Of a stretch of DNA of 64,000 nucleotides, positions 12,495 through 22,931 are shown in pieces (position 1 is the stretch's first letter; the number at the start of each line of letters is the position of its first letter). The position numbers were made by a program, and so were the translations under genes. This DNA is from Squalus acanthias (taxonomy: Eukaryota), in the NCBI GenBank assembly GCA_030390025.1, contig CM059425.1, forward strand, positions 261,082,001 through 261,146,000, given 5' to 3'. A model generated the notes under the pieces. It saw nothing but the letters and a program-made list of their open reading frames with translations. It did not search any database and had not been told where the DNA came from.

Positions 12495-15400
12495 AATTAA
12501 ATAAATCTGTTGGACTATAACCTGGTGTTGTGCGACTTCTCATTTTTGTCCACCCCAGTCCAACGCCGGCATCTCCATGTAAGGGGAATAGATAGGCGTT
12601 TCTGCGGCCGCAACCGAGACTCCAGGATGGTGTGTTGCCTCCCTGGTGCAAGGGTCAAGGACGTCTCGGAGCGGCTACAGAACATTTTGGAGGGGGAGGG
12701 CGAACAGCCAGCTGTCGTGGTGCACATAGGCACCAACGATATAGGTAAAAAAGGGGATGAGGTCCTAAAAGCAGAATATAGGGAGTTAGGAGTTAAATTA
12801 AAAAAGAGGACCTCAAAGGTAGTAATCTCAGGATTGCTACCAGTGCCACGTGCTAGTCCGAGTAGAAATAGGAGGATACTTCAAATGAATACGTGGCTAG
12901 AGGAATGGTGCAAGGGGGAGGGATTCAAATTCCTGGGACATTGGAACCGGTTCTGGGGGAGGTGGGACCAGTACAAACCGGACGGTCTGCACCTGGGCAG
13001 GGCCGGGACCGCTGTCCTAGGGGGAATGTTTGCTAGTGCTGTTGGGGAGGATTTAAACTAATGTGGCAGGGGGTTGGGAACCTGAGCAGAGAGACAGAGG
13101 AAAGCATGTCAGGAAGGGACAGAAGGTATGGAGTAAAAGGTAAAGTGTTAAATAAGGAAAAAGCAGGAAGTAAGTGTCGCAAAACACATTTGAAAGTTCT
13201 ATATCTGAATGCACGTAGCATTCGTAACAAAATTGACGAGTTAACGGCACAAATAACTATGTATGGGTATGATCTTGTGGCCATTACAGAAACATGGCTG
13301 CAGGGTGAAAACGTCTGGGAATTAAATATGCCAGGGTATTTAACAATCAGGAAGGACAGGCAGGAAGGAAGGGGAGGGGGGGTGGCTATGTTAATAAAGG
13401 AAGGAATCACTGTAATACAGAGAAATGATATAGGGTCAAAAGATCAGGATAATGAAACAGTTTGGGTAGAGATTAGGAATAATAAGGGGAAAAAACACTG
13501 GTGGGCGTAGTATATAGGCCTCCTAATAGTTGCAACTCTGTTGGAAGAAGTATTAATCAGGAAATAGTTGGGGCATGTAATAAGGGAACAGCTATAATTA
13601 TGGGGGATTTTAACTATCATATATTAACTGGACAAATCAAATTGGGCAGGGCAGCCTTGAGGAAGAGTTTATTGAGTGTCTTAGGGATGGATTTCTTGAG
13701 CAGTATGTAACTGATCCTACAAGGGGGCAAGCAACCTTGGACCTGGTACTGTGTAATGAGTCTGGATTAATTAATAATGTCCTAGTTAAGGATCCCCTTG
13801 GAATGAGTGACCATAACATGGTTGAATTCCATATCCAATTAGAGGGTGAGAAGGTTGGTTCTCAAACAAGCATACAGAGCTTGAATAAAGGAGACTGATG
13901 GCATGAGAGCAGAATTGATTAAAGTGGACTGGGAAAATAGATTAAAGGGTAAGACGGTACATGAGCAGTGGTGTTCATTCAAGGAGTTATTTTACAACTT
14001 TCAAAATAAATATATTCCACTGAGGAAAAAAGGGTGTAAAAGAAATTACAGCCATCCATGGCTAAGTAAAGAAATTAAAGAAAGTATCCAACTAAAAACA
14101 AGGACATATAAGGTAGCCAAAGTTAGTGGGAGGATAGAAGATTGGGAAGTCTTCAAAAGACAACAAAAAGTAACTAAAGGATTGATTAAGAAAGGGAAAA
14201 TAGACTATGAAAATAAATTAGCAAAAAATATAAAAACAGATAGCAAGAGTTTCTATAGTTATATAAAAAGAAAAAGGGTGGTTAAGGCAAACGTAGGTCC
14301 CTTAGACGATGAGACCTGGAAATTAATGGTGGGAAACATGGAGATGGCAAAAATGCTGAACAAATATTTTGTTTCAGTCTTTACGGTAGAGAACACTAAG
14401 AATATCCCAACACTGGACAAACAGGGGGCTCTAGTGGGGGAGGAGCTAAATACGATTAAAATCACAAAGGAATTGGTACTCAGTAAAATAATGGGACTCA
14501 AGGCGGATAAATCACCTGGACTTGATGGCTTACATCCTAGGGTCTTGAGGGAAGTGGCAGTAGGAATTGTGGATGCTTTGCTAATAATTTTCCAAATCTC
14601 CCTGAACTCAGCAAAGGTCCCGGCAGATTGGAAAACTGCTAATGTAACACCCTTATTTAAAAAGGGTTGTAGGCAGAAGGCTGGGAATTATAGACCAGTT
14701 AGCCTAACATCTGTGGTGGGTAAAATTTTGGAGTCTATTATTAAGGAGACAGTAATGGAACATTTAGATAAACATAATTTAATAGGACAAAGTCAGCATG
14801 GCTTTATGAAGGGGAAGTCATGTCTGACAAATTTGCTCGAGTTCTTTGAGGACATAACGCACAGGGTGGATAAAGGGGAACCAGTGGATGTAGTGTATTT
14901 AGACTTCCAGAAGGCATTTGACAAGGTGCCACATAAAAGATTATTACTCAAGATAAAAAATCACTGGATTGGGGGTAATATTCTGGCATGGGTGGAGGAT
15001 TGGTTATCTAACAGGAAGCAGAGAGTTGGGATAAATGGTTCATTCTCGGACTGGCAACCAGTAGCCAGTGGTGTTCCGCAGGGGTCGGTGCTGGGTCCCC
15101 AACTCTTTACAATCTATATTAACGATTTGGAGGAGGGGACCGAGTGTAACATATCAAAGTTTGCTGATGATACAAAGATGGGAGGGAAAGTAGAGAGTGA
15201 GGAGGACATAAAAAACCTACAAGGGCCATATAGACAGGCTGGGTGAGTGGGCAGAGATTTGGCAGATGCAATACAATATTGGAAAATGTGAGGTTATGCA
15301 CTTTGGCAGGAAAAATCAGAGAGCAAGTTATTATCTTAATGGCGAGAAACTGGAAAGTACTGCAGTACAAAGGGATCTGGGGGTCTTGGTGCAAGAAAAT

Positions 15401-16332
15401 CAAAAAGTTAGTATGCAGGTGCAGCAGGTGATCAAGAAAGCCAATGGAATGTTGGCTTTTATTGCTAGGGGGATAGAATATAAAAACAGGGAGGTATTGC
15501 TGCAGTTGTATAGGGTATTGGTGAGACCACATCTGGAGTACTGCATACAGTTTTGGTGTCCATACTTAAGAAAAGACATACTTGCTCTCGAGGCAGTACA
15601 AAGAAGGTTCACTCGGTTAATTCCGGGGATGAGGGAGTGGACATACGAGGAGAGGTTGAGTAGATTGGGACTCTACTCATTGGAGTTCAGAAGAATGAGA
15701 GGCGATCTTATTGAAACATATAAGATTGTGAAGGGGCTTGATCGGGTGGACGCGGTGAGGATGTTCCCAATGATGGGTGAAACTAGAACTAGGGGACAGA
15801 ATCTTAGAATAAGGGGCTCCTCTTTCAAAACTGAGATGAGGAGAAACTTTTTCACTCAGAGGGTAGTGGGTCTGTGGAATTTGCTACCCCAGGAAGCTGT
15901 GGAAGCTACATCATTAAATAAATTTAAAACAGAAATAGACCGTTTCCTAGAAGTAAAGGGAATCAGGGGTTACGGGGAGCGGGCTGGAAATTGGACATGA
16001 GTTTGAGTTCGGATCGTTCAAGGCCCTGTGGGTGGCAGAGCGGGCCCAGGGGCCGAGTGGCCTGGTCCTTCTCCTGCTTCTTGTGTTCTTTAGAGTTGAG
16101 GTTGGATCAGATCAGCCATGATCTCATTGAATGGCGGAGCAGGCTCGAGGGGCCGATTGGTCTACTCCTGCTCCTATTTCTTATGTTGTTATGTTCTTAA
16201 ATTCAGTGAGATTGATCAACAGTTTTCGCGGGTTCCACAGGAACTGAAGAAACACTTCGAGCAACTTCTGTATTTCGGTGTCAAGAGACAAAAAGCAGCG
16301 AGGGAGAAGGACGGAACACCGAAGATCTGGCG

Positions 16333-16393
16333 ATGAATTCTCTCTGCGTTTGGCTTTCCGCAGTCCTGCTGTCGGTCTCGGTGCGGGGTTACA
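16333..16393 (+). CDS. Siglec-15-like receptor, probable signal-peptide exon
   Basis: ATG at 16333 gives MNSLCVWLSAVLLSVSVRGY; donor GTAGGT at 16394 is phase 1, matching the V exon. Alternative: donor at 16381 plus a mini-exon 16469-16502 (GREWVQVQEND). Confidence 0.6.
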
Positions 16394-16554
16394 GTAGGTG
16401 CTTTCCAATAATAACTGTTCAAATTCATTTTGTTGCATAAACTGCTCCTTTTTATCATTTCACCGCAGGGTCGCGAGTGGGTGCAAGTCCAGGAGAACGA
16501 CGGTCAGAGTCAGAGAAACAGGGAGGGGTAGAGTGAGCATCCGGTTTCTAGCGA

Positions 16555-16968
16555 GACACAAGGAACACGGGAACAGGAGAAGGCCATTCAGCCCCTCGAG
16601 CCTGTTCTGCCATCCATTGAGATCATGGCGATCTGTATCTTATCGCCTTGGCTCCATATCCCTTAAAACCCTTGGCTAGCAAAAATCTATCGATCTCAGA
16701 TTTAAAAATATTAATTGAGCTCGCACCTACTGCTTTTTGTGGGAGAGAGTTCCACAGTTCTGCCACCTTTTTAGTGAAGAAGTGTTTCCTAACTTCTCTG
16801 CTGAATGACCTGACTCCAATTGTAAGGTTATGTCCCCTTGTCCTAGACACCCTCACCAGCGGAAAAAGTTTCTCTCTATCTACCCTACCAGTTCTTTCAA
16901 AATCCTAAAAATTTCAATCAAATTACCCCTTAACCTTCTACATTCCAGGGACTACAAGTCTAGTTTAT
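16555..16968 (-). mobile_element. CR1 3' end fragment
   Basis: RTRGHNL..FFTKKVAELWNSLPQ..IDRFL and 3' UTR hairpin. Confidence 0.8.
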
Positions 16969-18262
16969 GTAGGCATAGAAATTCGGAAGCGCGCAAATGG
17001 GGAGGTCCAAGGAGCCCGGGATTGTGGGCCTCAGACCTCATAATGTAGATGGCGCTGAGTTAGGAGCCCGTACAGGTTAGTGCTCCAATTTCCAGGGATA
17101 AGTGCGTAAATAGCGCACTTTAGTAAATGAAGTGGGTAAAGCAGCCTTATAAATTGACTGGCTATCTGAGAATTGAAAGGCTGTCTCCTTGGGTGAATAA
17201 GATGGACAGAATGTTTTTCCTTTTAATTTCTGTGCACCTTTTTCAATGAGTTTTATTCCTCTTGGTAGTTTCTAGCTGCTGGGACTCATCTGGCAATTTT
17301 TTTTTATTCGTTCCTGGGATGTGGGCATCGCTGGCAAGGCCGGCATTTATTGCCCATCCCAAATTGCCCTTGAGAAAGTGGTGGTGAGCCGCCTTCTTGA
17401 ACCGCTGCAGTCTGCGTGGTGAAGGTGCTCCGTTACAGTATCTCCATTGCTATTTCGTGCTGTCGTGATGATCTCTGCCATTCCTTATTGTGCTTTGAAT
17501 CCATCCGAGCCCCTATTTCTTTGAGACCGGTCTCTTCCCAAGTTTCAAAACACTGAAGTTCTTGCAGTTGGCCACGTCCTGCTGTTTGCAATTGGAGCAT
17601 CTGCTCGAGGTCACTTTTTTAGGAATGTTGTGAGTCTCCAAGGAGATGTTGTTCCACAGAGTCAGTTTCTGCAGCATCTAGTCTGAAAACAGTATATTGG
17701 GTTGGATCTCGGTGGGTCTGGAGGAGGAACGGGCGGGCCTCGAAGTCAGTGATCGGAGTGCTGTCGGGGGCCGGGTAGGATGATCGCAGGACTTGGGTGT
17801 ATCGTTGCGGGGTCGGAGTGCTGTTGGGGGTGGGGGCTCGTAGTTCGGGACCCAAATCACTTCTCCCAGACATTGACAGCTGCCGACACCAGCTCTCAGC
17901 TCCCTCTGCCACACCCAATATCTCCGCCATTCTTGATTCCACAGCCATGCAACAGCTTCATGGGAGAGAGAGAGAGAGAGAGAGAGTTCCAGATTTCCAC
18001 CACCCTTTGAGTGAAGAAGTGCTTCCTGACATCACCCCTGAACGGCCTGGCTCTAATTTATGGTTATGCCCCCTTGTTCTGAAATCCCCTACCAGAGGAA
18101 ATAGTCAAATCCTTTAATCATCATAAACACCTCAATTAGATCATCTGTTGTTACAGATATGAACGAGCTGACCCTGTATTAAACCCTGAGGTCATCAGAG
18201 AGCACTGTGTCTGAAGAGCAAGGTCCCACTGTCACTGCATCAGGATCGGATGCTCAATCCCA

Positions 18263-18790
18263 ATATATAAACCACCGAACCCTTGGATTAGATTCCAGCC
18301 TGTAACTCACTCCCGGGTATCTGTTATTCTATATATAAACCACCGAACCCTTGGATTAGATTCCAGCCTGTAACTCACTCCCGGGTATCTGTTATTCTAT
18401 ATACAAACCACCGAACCCCGGGATTAGTTTCCAGCCTGTAACTCACTCCTGGGTATCTGTTATTCTATATATAAACCACCGAACCCTTGGATTAGATTCC
18501 AGCCTGTAACTCACTCCCCGGTATCTGTTATTCTATATATAAACCACCGAACCCCGGGATTAGTTTCCAGCCTGTAACTCACTCCCGGGTATCTGTTATT
18601 CTATATACAAACCACCGAACCCTTGGATTAGATTCCAGCCTGTAACTCACTCCCGGGTATCTGTTATTCTATATACAAACCACCGAACCCTTGGATTAGA
18701 TTCCAGCCTGTAACTCACTCCCAGGTATCCGTTATTCTATATATAAACCACCGAACCCCGGGATTAGTTTCCAGCCTGTAACTCACTCCA
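18263..18790. repeat. 68-bp minisatellite, about 7.6 copies (intronic)
   Basis: Unit AAACCACCGAACCCTTGGATTAGATTCCAGCCTGTAACTCACTCCCGGGTATCTGTTATTCTATATAT; starts at 18269, 18337 and so on. Confidence 0.95.
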
Positions 18791-18947
18791 CACTGTCCGA
18801 TGTCGATGTGTAAACCATCCCAATCTGGCCGTGTGATGTTATATCTGTTGTCACTATATCACAGACTCAGTATATTGTCAGGCAGTGTGTTTTTGAAACA
18901 CTGATGTCTGCCCCCGTGCTGTTCTAATGTTGTCTCTCGCCCCACAG

Positions 18948-19346
18948 AGTTTTCTCGTAATGGTTGGACAATGAGCGGCGCGGATGCAGTGACTGCTGAG
19001 GAAGGGGGGTCCGCTGTCTTGCCGTGCAGTTTCACCCACCCATACCCTGATCGCACGCTCACCGGCAATGTGATATGGATCAAAGATGACCCGGGGTTTT
19101 ACAGGGTTATTTTTAACTGGACATATTCTGGTCAGGGCCATTCACGGGCCGAGCTGTGTGAAAGTGTGATACAGCAGGACGGCGGGAATCGATTCAGATT
19201 CGTGGGGAACCTCAGCAACAAGGATGTCTCGATAATGATGGAGCGGCTGAGCCCGGCGGACAGCGGTGATTATCGGTGTCGGGTGGAGCTCATTTTTGGC
19301 AGTTTTAATACACCGCGGACAACGAGTCTGAGTCTGAGTGTGAGAG
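18948..19346 (+). CDS. Siglec-15-like receptor, V-set Ig domain 1 exon
   Basis: Acceptor ..cccacag, donor GTGAGG, phase 1/1; WTM..VTAEEGGSAVLPCSFTHP..W..ELCES..RFRFVGN..DVSIMMERL..DSGDYRCRVE closely matches the Siglec-15 V domain, including the sialic-acid-binding Arg in CRVE. Confidence 0.88.
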
Positions 19347-19374
19347 GTGAGGAACAATGTTCAGGGGCTGGAGC

Positions 19375-19625
19375 TGCTCCGATAGCTCAATGGGTAAAGG
19401 CTCCACCTGGTCCGGTCCTGAGCCACACGGATCAATAAACTTTCAGCAGCCCCGGGCTATGAAAGGGGTGGAGGGATATTGGCCGGGGTTCCTGCTCCTG
19501 ATCACGCTCCAGTGACTCCTGCTGGAAGCTGTGTTCTTGGACATTGGGCCTGCCTGTGATGCTTTCCACAGTCAAATAGTCCATTGCCACTCATTGACCA
19601 GCCTTGTGCTCTGAGGAAGGCCACA
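19375..19625 (+). mobile_element. Old tRNA-derived SINE
   Basis: Head CCGATAGCTCAATGGGTAA; an inverted homolog lies at about 22050-22340. Confidence 0.55.
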
Positions 19626-19702
19626 GGGAGAGCTCTGAACTAAAATAAATTAAACGTTCTCATCAAGACACTGACTCATTCTGATGTTTGTCCTTTCCTC
19701 AG

Positions 19703-20056
19703 CTGCTAGTGGAAGTGTCTCAGTGGTGAGTGGGACCGAGGGAGCTTCGGTTACACTGCCCTGTATGTTCACAAGGTCCAGCGACTACACCACCCTGAGC
19801 ACTGTTACATGGATGAGGAAGGAGCCCTACCAACACGTAGTCACATTTACAGCCCAATCAAACGGATCTTGGACAACTGTAAACGGTGGAAATCGGTACG
19901 AGCTAGTCGGGAAACCAAAGGAGGGAAACGCCTCAACCAGGATAAACCAGCTGAGCGTGAAGGACAGCCACACTTACCTGTGTCTGGTGGAGTACAAGAA
20001 ATTGCACAATTATCAACATCTGATCCAGAATGAGACACGGCTGGAGGTGATACATG
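19703..20056 (+). CDS. Siglec-15-like receptor, second V-type Ig domain exon
   Basis: Acceptor tcctttcctcag, donor GTAAGA, phase 1/1; VSGTEGASVTLPCMF..VTW..RYELVG..NASTRINQL..DSHTYLCLVE..ETRLEV. Confidence 0.85.
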
Positions 20057-20134
20057 GTAAGAAGCCATTCCCACATTCTCCAGTGTATCGAGGTTGTACA
20101 GTGAGGAGCCAGCGGTGTAACAGAAAACACTCAT

Positions 20135-20997
20135 CAGCCTGGCTCAGTGGGTAGCACTCTCGCCTCTGAGTCAAAAGGTCGAGTTGTCACATCTCACTCC
20201 AGACACTTGACTATAATCTAGGCTGGCATTCCCGGTGCAGTACTGACGTTTTTCAGATGAGACGTTAAAACAGGGCCCCATCTGCCCCCTCAGGTGGATG
20301 TAAAAGATCCCACTGCACTATTCTGAAGAGCAGTGAGTGCTCCCCGGTGTCCTGGCCAGCATTTATCCCTCAAAAAAAAGTAAAAAAGAGATTATCTGCT
20401 CATTTATCACATTAGTGTTTGTGGGAGCTTGCTGTGCGCAAATTGGTGCCCTACATCAAAACAGTGACTAAAAGAAAGACTTGCATTTCTATAGCACCTT
20501 TCATGACCACCAGACGTCCCAAAGCGCTTTACAGTCAATGAAGTACAGTCACTGTTGTAATGTGGGAAACGCGGCAGCCAATTTGCGCACAGCAAGCTCC
20601 CACAAACAGCAATGTGAGAATGACCAGATAATCTGTTTTTGTTATGTTGGCCAGGACACCAGGGAAAACTCCCCTGCTCTTCTTCAAAATAGTGCCATGG
20701 GATCTTTTACATCCACCTGAGAGAGCAGACGGGGCCTCGGTTTAACATCTCACCTGAATGACGGCACCTCCGACAGTGCAGCACTCCCTCAGTACCGCAC
20801 TGGAGCGTCAGCCTAGCTTTATGTGCTCAGGTCCCTGGAGTGGGACTTGAACCCACAACCTTCTGACTCAGAGGCGAGTGTGCTACCCACTGAGCCACAG
20901 CTGACTACACTTCAAAAGATACTTCATTGGCTGTAAAGCGCTTTGTGATGTCCCGAGGTTGTGAAAGGCGCTATATAAATGCAAGCACTTCTTTTTC
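20135..20997 (+). mobile_element. SacSINE1/Deu-SINE with a second copy nested in opposite orientation (20471-20901)
   Basis: tRNA-like head TGGCTCAGTGGGTAGCACTCT..GGTTCAAGTCCC, Deu core, L2-type tail; TSD TGACTA (20465-20470, 20902-20907). Confidence 0.85.
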
Positions 20998-21392
20998 CTA
21001 ACTGACCAAATCCATCAGTTCCTTCCAAACGCTCCCATTTTGGGGACACTGGGGCCTAAAATCCCCCTGGGCTCTATTGAAATGCGCAGCGTCGGTGGGT
21101 GGTCCTCCATTTAAACATGACAGGCGGGTGCCCGCGACACGATGGGGTAAAACCATAGGCGCCCTCCAGCCGAAGGAGACTGCGTAGAGGACCAATGCGC
21201 TGGTTCTGGGTGAGATGCCGGAGCTAACCCCCACCCCACCCGATGAACAATTCCCCCTCTTGGCCCCCTTTATAAGGGCCAGTATAACCGGTGAGGTCCC
21301 CCTTCCACCGGTCGTAGGGTCGGTACATGTGGTCTCACCCAGCGCACCAGCCACCTGCCCAGTAAATAAGAGGCCAGGGATGTATCAACATA

Positions 21393-21720
21393 GTATTTGC
21401 CTCTGTCACTGTGAGTACTCTTGTATTTGCCTCTGTCACTGTGAGTACTCTTGTATTTGCCTCTGTCACTGTGAGTACTCTTGTATTTACCTGTCACTGA
21501 GTACTACAGTATTCACCCCAACACCGAGTACGACAGTATTCACCCGTCACAGTAAGTTTGACAGTATTTAACCGTTTCACTAAGTACTACAGAAATTATT
21601 TATTTCACTATGAGCATTACAATATTTAGCCCTGTGATTGTGATATACTACAGTATTAACCCTAGTCACCGTAAATACTACAGTATTAACCCGTCACTGT
21701 GAGATACTATATTATTAGTA
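21393..21720. repeat. 30-bp tandem repeat (about 3.5 near-perfect units followed by degenerate units)
   Basis: GTATTTGCCTCTGTCACTGTGAGTACTCTT x3, then decayed units. Confidence 0.85.
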
Positions 21721-21909
21721 CTCTCCATTTGTCGTTCTTCATTGACAGTCCATACTCTTTGCCTAGCTCATCTCCATCACCACAATATTTCTGCCTTGCA
21801 GTCGCGATTCACACTTGTCTACAGGCTTTGATTAATTGTCTCTGCATTGTTGGTCTCTCACCTTTGTTTGTCTTCGATTTGATCTCTCTCACTTTCTGTT
21901 CATTTGCAG

Positions 21910-22003
21910 AGGCTTTCCCCATTGCGATATTGTGCATTCCACTTGGACTGAAACTCCTTGCCCTTTTCGTGATGTGCATCATTTTATTCAGGGACAAAAC
22001 CAG
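21910..22003 (+). CDS. Siglec-15-like receptor, transmembrane exon with intramembrane Lys
   Basis: Acceptor catttgcag, donor GTATGT; (E)AFPIAILCIPLGLKLLALFVMCIILFRDKT(R); LGLKLL parallels the LGFKAL motif of Siglec-15. Confidence 0.82.
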
Positions 22004-22719
22004 GTATGTAATTTTGCTGGGAGACTCTTGCCTTTAAATGCCTGAAGCCCGATTCATGGGTGAGCCTTGGTCAGTGTGTGTTGGCAGGTGATTCAAACAC
22101 TGAGCCATCCGAGTCGAGCCAATGACCACACAGTACACGTCCAGCAGGGGTTGCTGGATACGAGCAGGAGCAGGATCCCTGGGCAATGTTTCCTCTCCCT
22201 ATCCCAGTTTCACTTAGACAAACTGGAGAGCCCCTACTGCAGCCCCAGCTAACTCAGCCCAGGCCGGGGATCAAAACTGGCCCCTTCCTGGTCTGCACAA
22301 TTCAGCTCCTCACGGCATGAACTTGCTGAGCTATCGGGGACCTGATTAAATCTCCCAGACCACCTCTATTCACTGCAGCCTAGTTTAATCTACAAGGTTA
22401 ACCCCTCAGGGGATACTGGGATTCAAATCCGATTTAGCTGAATTTCATTCCAGTCCTGGGTTATTAAAAAAACAGATTCCTGTTCACTTTCCAATCTCAG
22501 TCTTTTCCCAATGCTTAATGGTTAACACTGACCTCTCACCTCAACACTAGGAAAAATAGTACACTCTGGGTATTGGCTGCTGTTAAGATGATGAAAATCA
22601 TGGCTATCAGTGTTAAAGAAGTTTTGCAGTTCCCTTTAATGACCAAACGATGTCACGAGAGGGCTTTATAATCTCTCTCTAGAATTTACGTTGCGTGTGG
22701 ATGATGCCTACTACAGAAA

Positions 22720-22930
22720 CACAGATACTGCATCCATGGAAACTGCATCCATAAATACTGCGTCCATGGAGACAACCAATAGATAGTGTAATCATGGATG
22801 CTGTACCCATAGTGCATGCATGAATTCTACCCATAGATAGTGTATCAGTGGAGACTGTTCTCTTAGATACTGTATCCATTGATGCTGTATCCATAGATAC
22901 TGCTCCCATAGATATTATATCCTTGGACAC
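22720..22930. repeat. Degenerate ~20-bp tandem repeat
   Basis: Recurrent ATAGATACTG(C/T)ATCC. Confidence 0.6.
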
Positions 22931-22931
22931 T

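Larger units (their letters stand above)
11596..12577 (+). mobile_element. Penelope-like element (GIY-YIG 3' end and pseudo-LTR) arranged as an inverted fold-back
   Basis: GHSASDMRVSVLQGG..RKIIEQKLIAKFRTHEDGLN (GIY-YIG C-terminus); 13-bp TSD TGTAAGGGGAATA (11583-11595, 12578-12590); arms 11595-12062 and 12082-12549. Confidence 0.9.
10711..16198 (+). mobile_element. Near full-length young CR1 (5' UTR, ORF1 split by a Penelope insertion, ORF2 APE-RT with a few frameshifts)
   Basis: ORF1 11118-13061 (zinc finger, esterase); ORF2 pieces 13061-13510, 13501-13710, 13903-15246 and 15266-16000; duplicated 35-bp unit in the 5' UTR (10722-10756, 10797-10831); TATGTT tail. Confidence 0.95.

Noticed and set aside
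18263-18790. Regular repeats resembling a CRISPR array
   Set aside because: Head-to-tail 68-bp units with no unique spacers; eukaryotic context and no cas genes
18948-19346. Rearranging Ig/TCR/NAR V segment
   Set aside because: The exon includes its own G strand and a splice donor; no RSS heptamer/nonamer follows
22551-22670. Possible cytoplasmic exon (RKNSTLWVLAAVK...)
   Set aside because: The acceptor is plausible but the peptide has no signalling motif; it cannot be preferred over 32732 without transcripts
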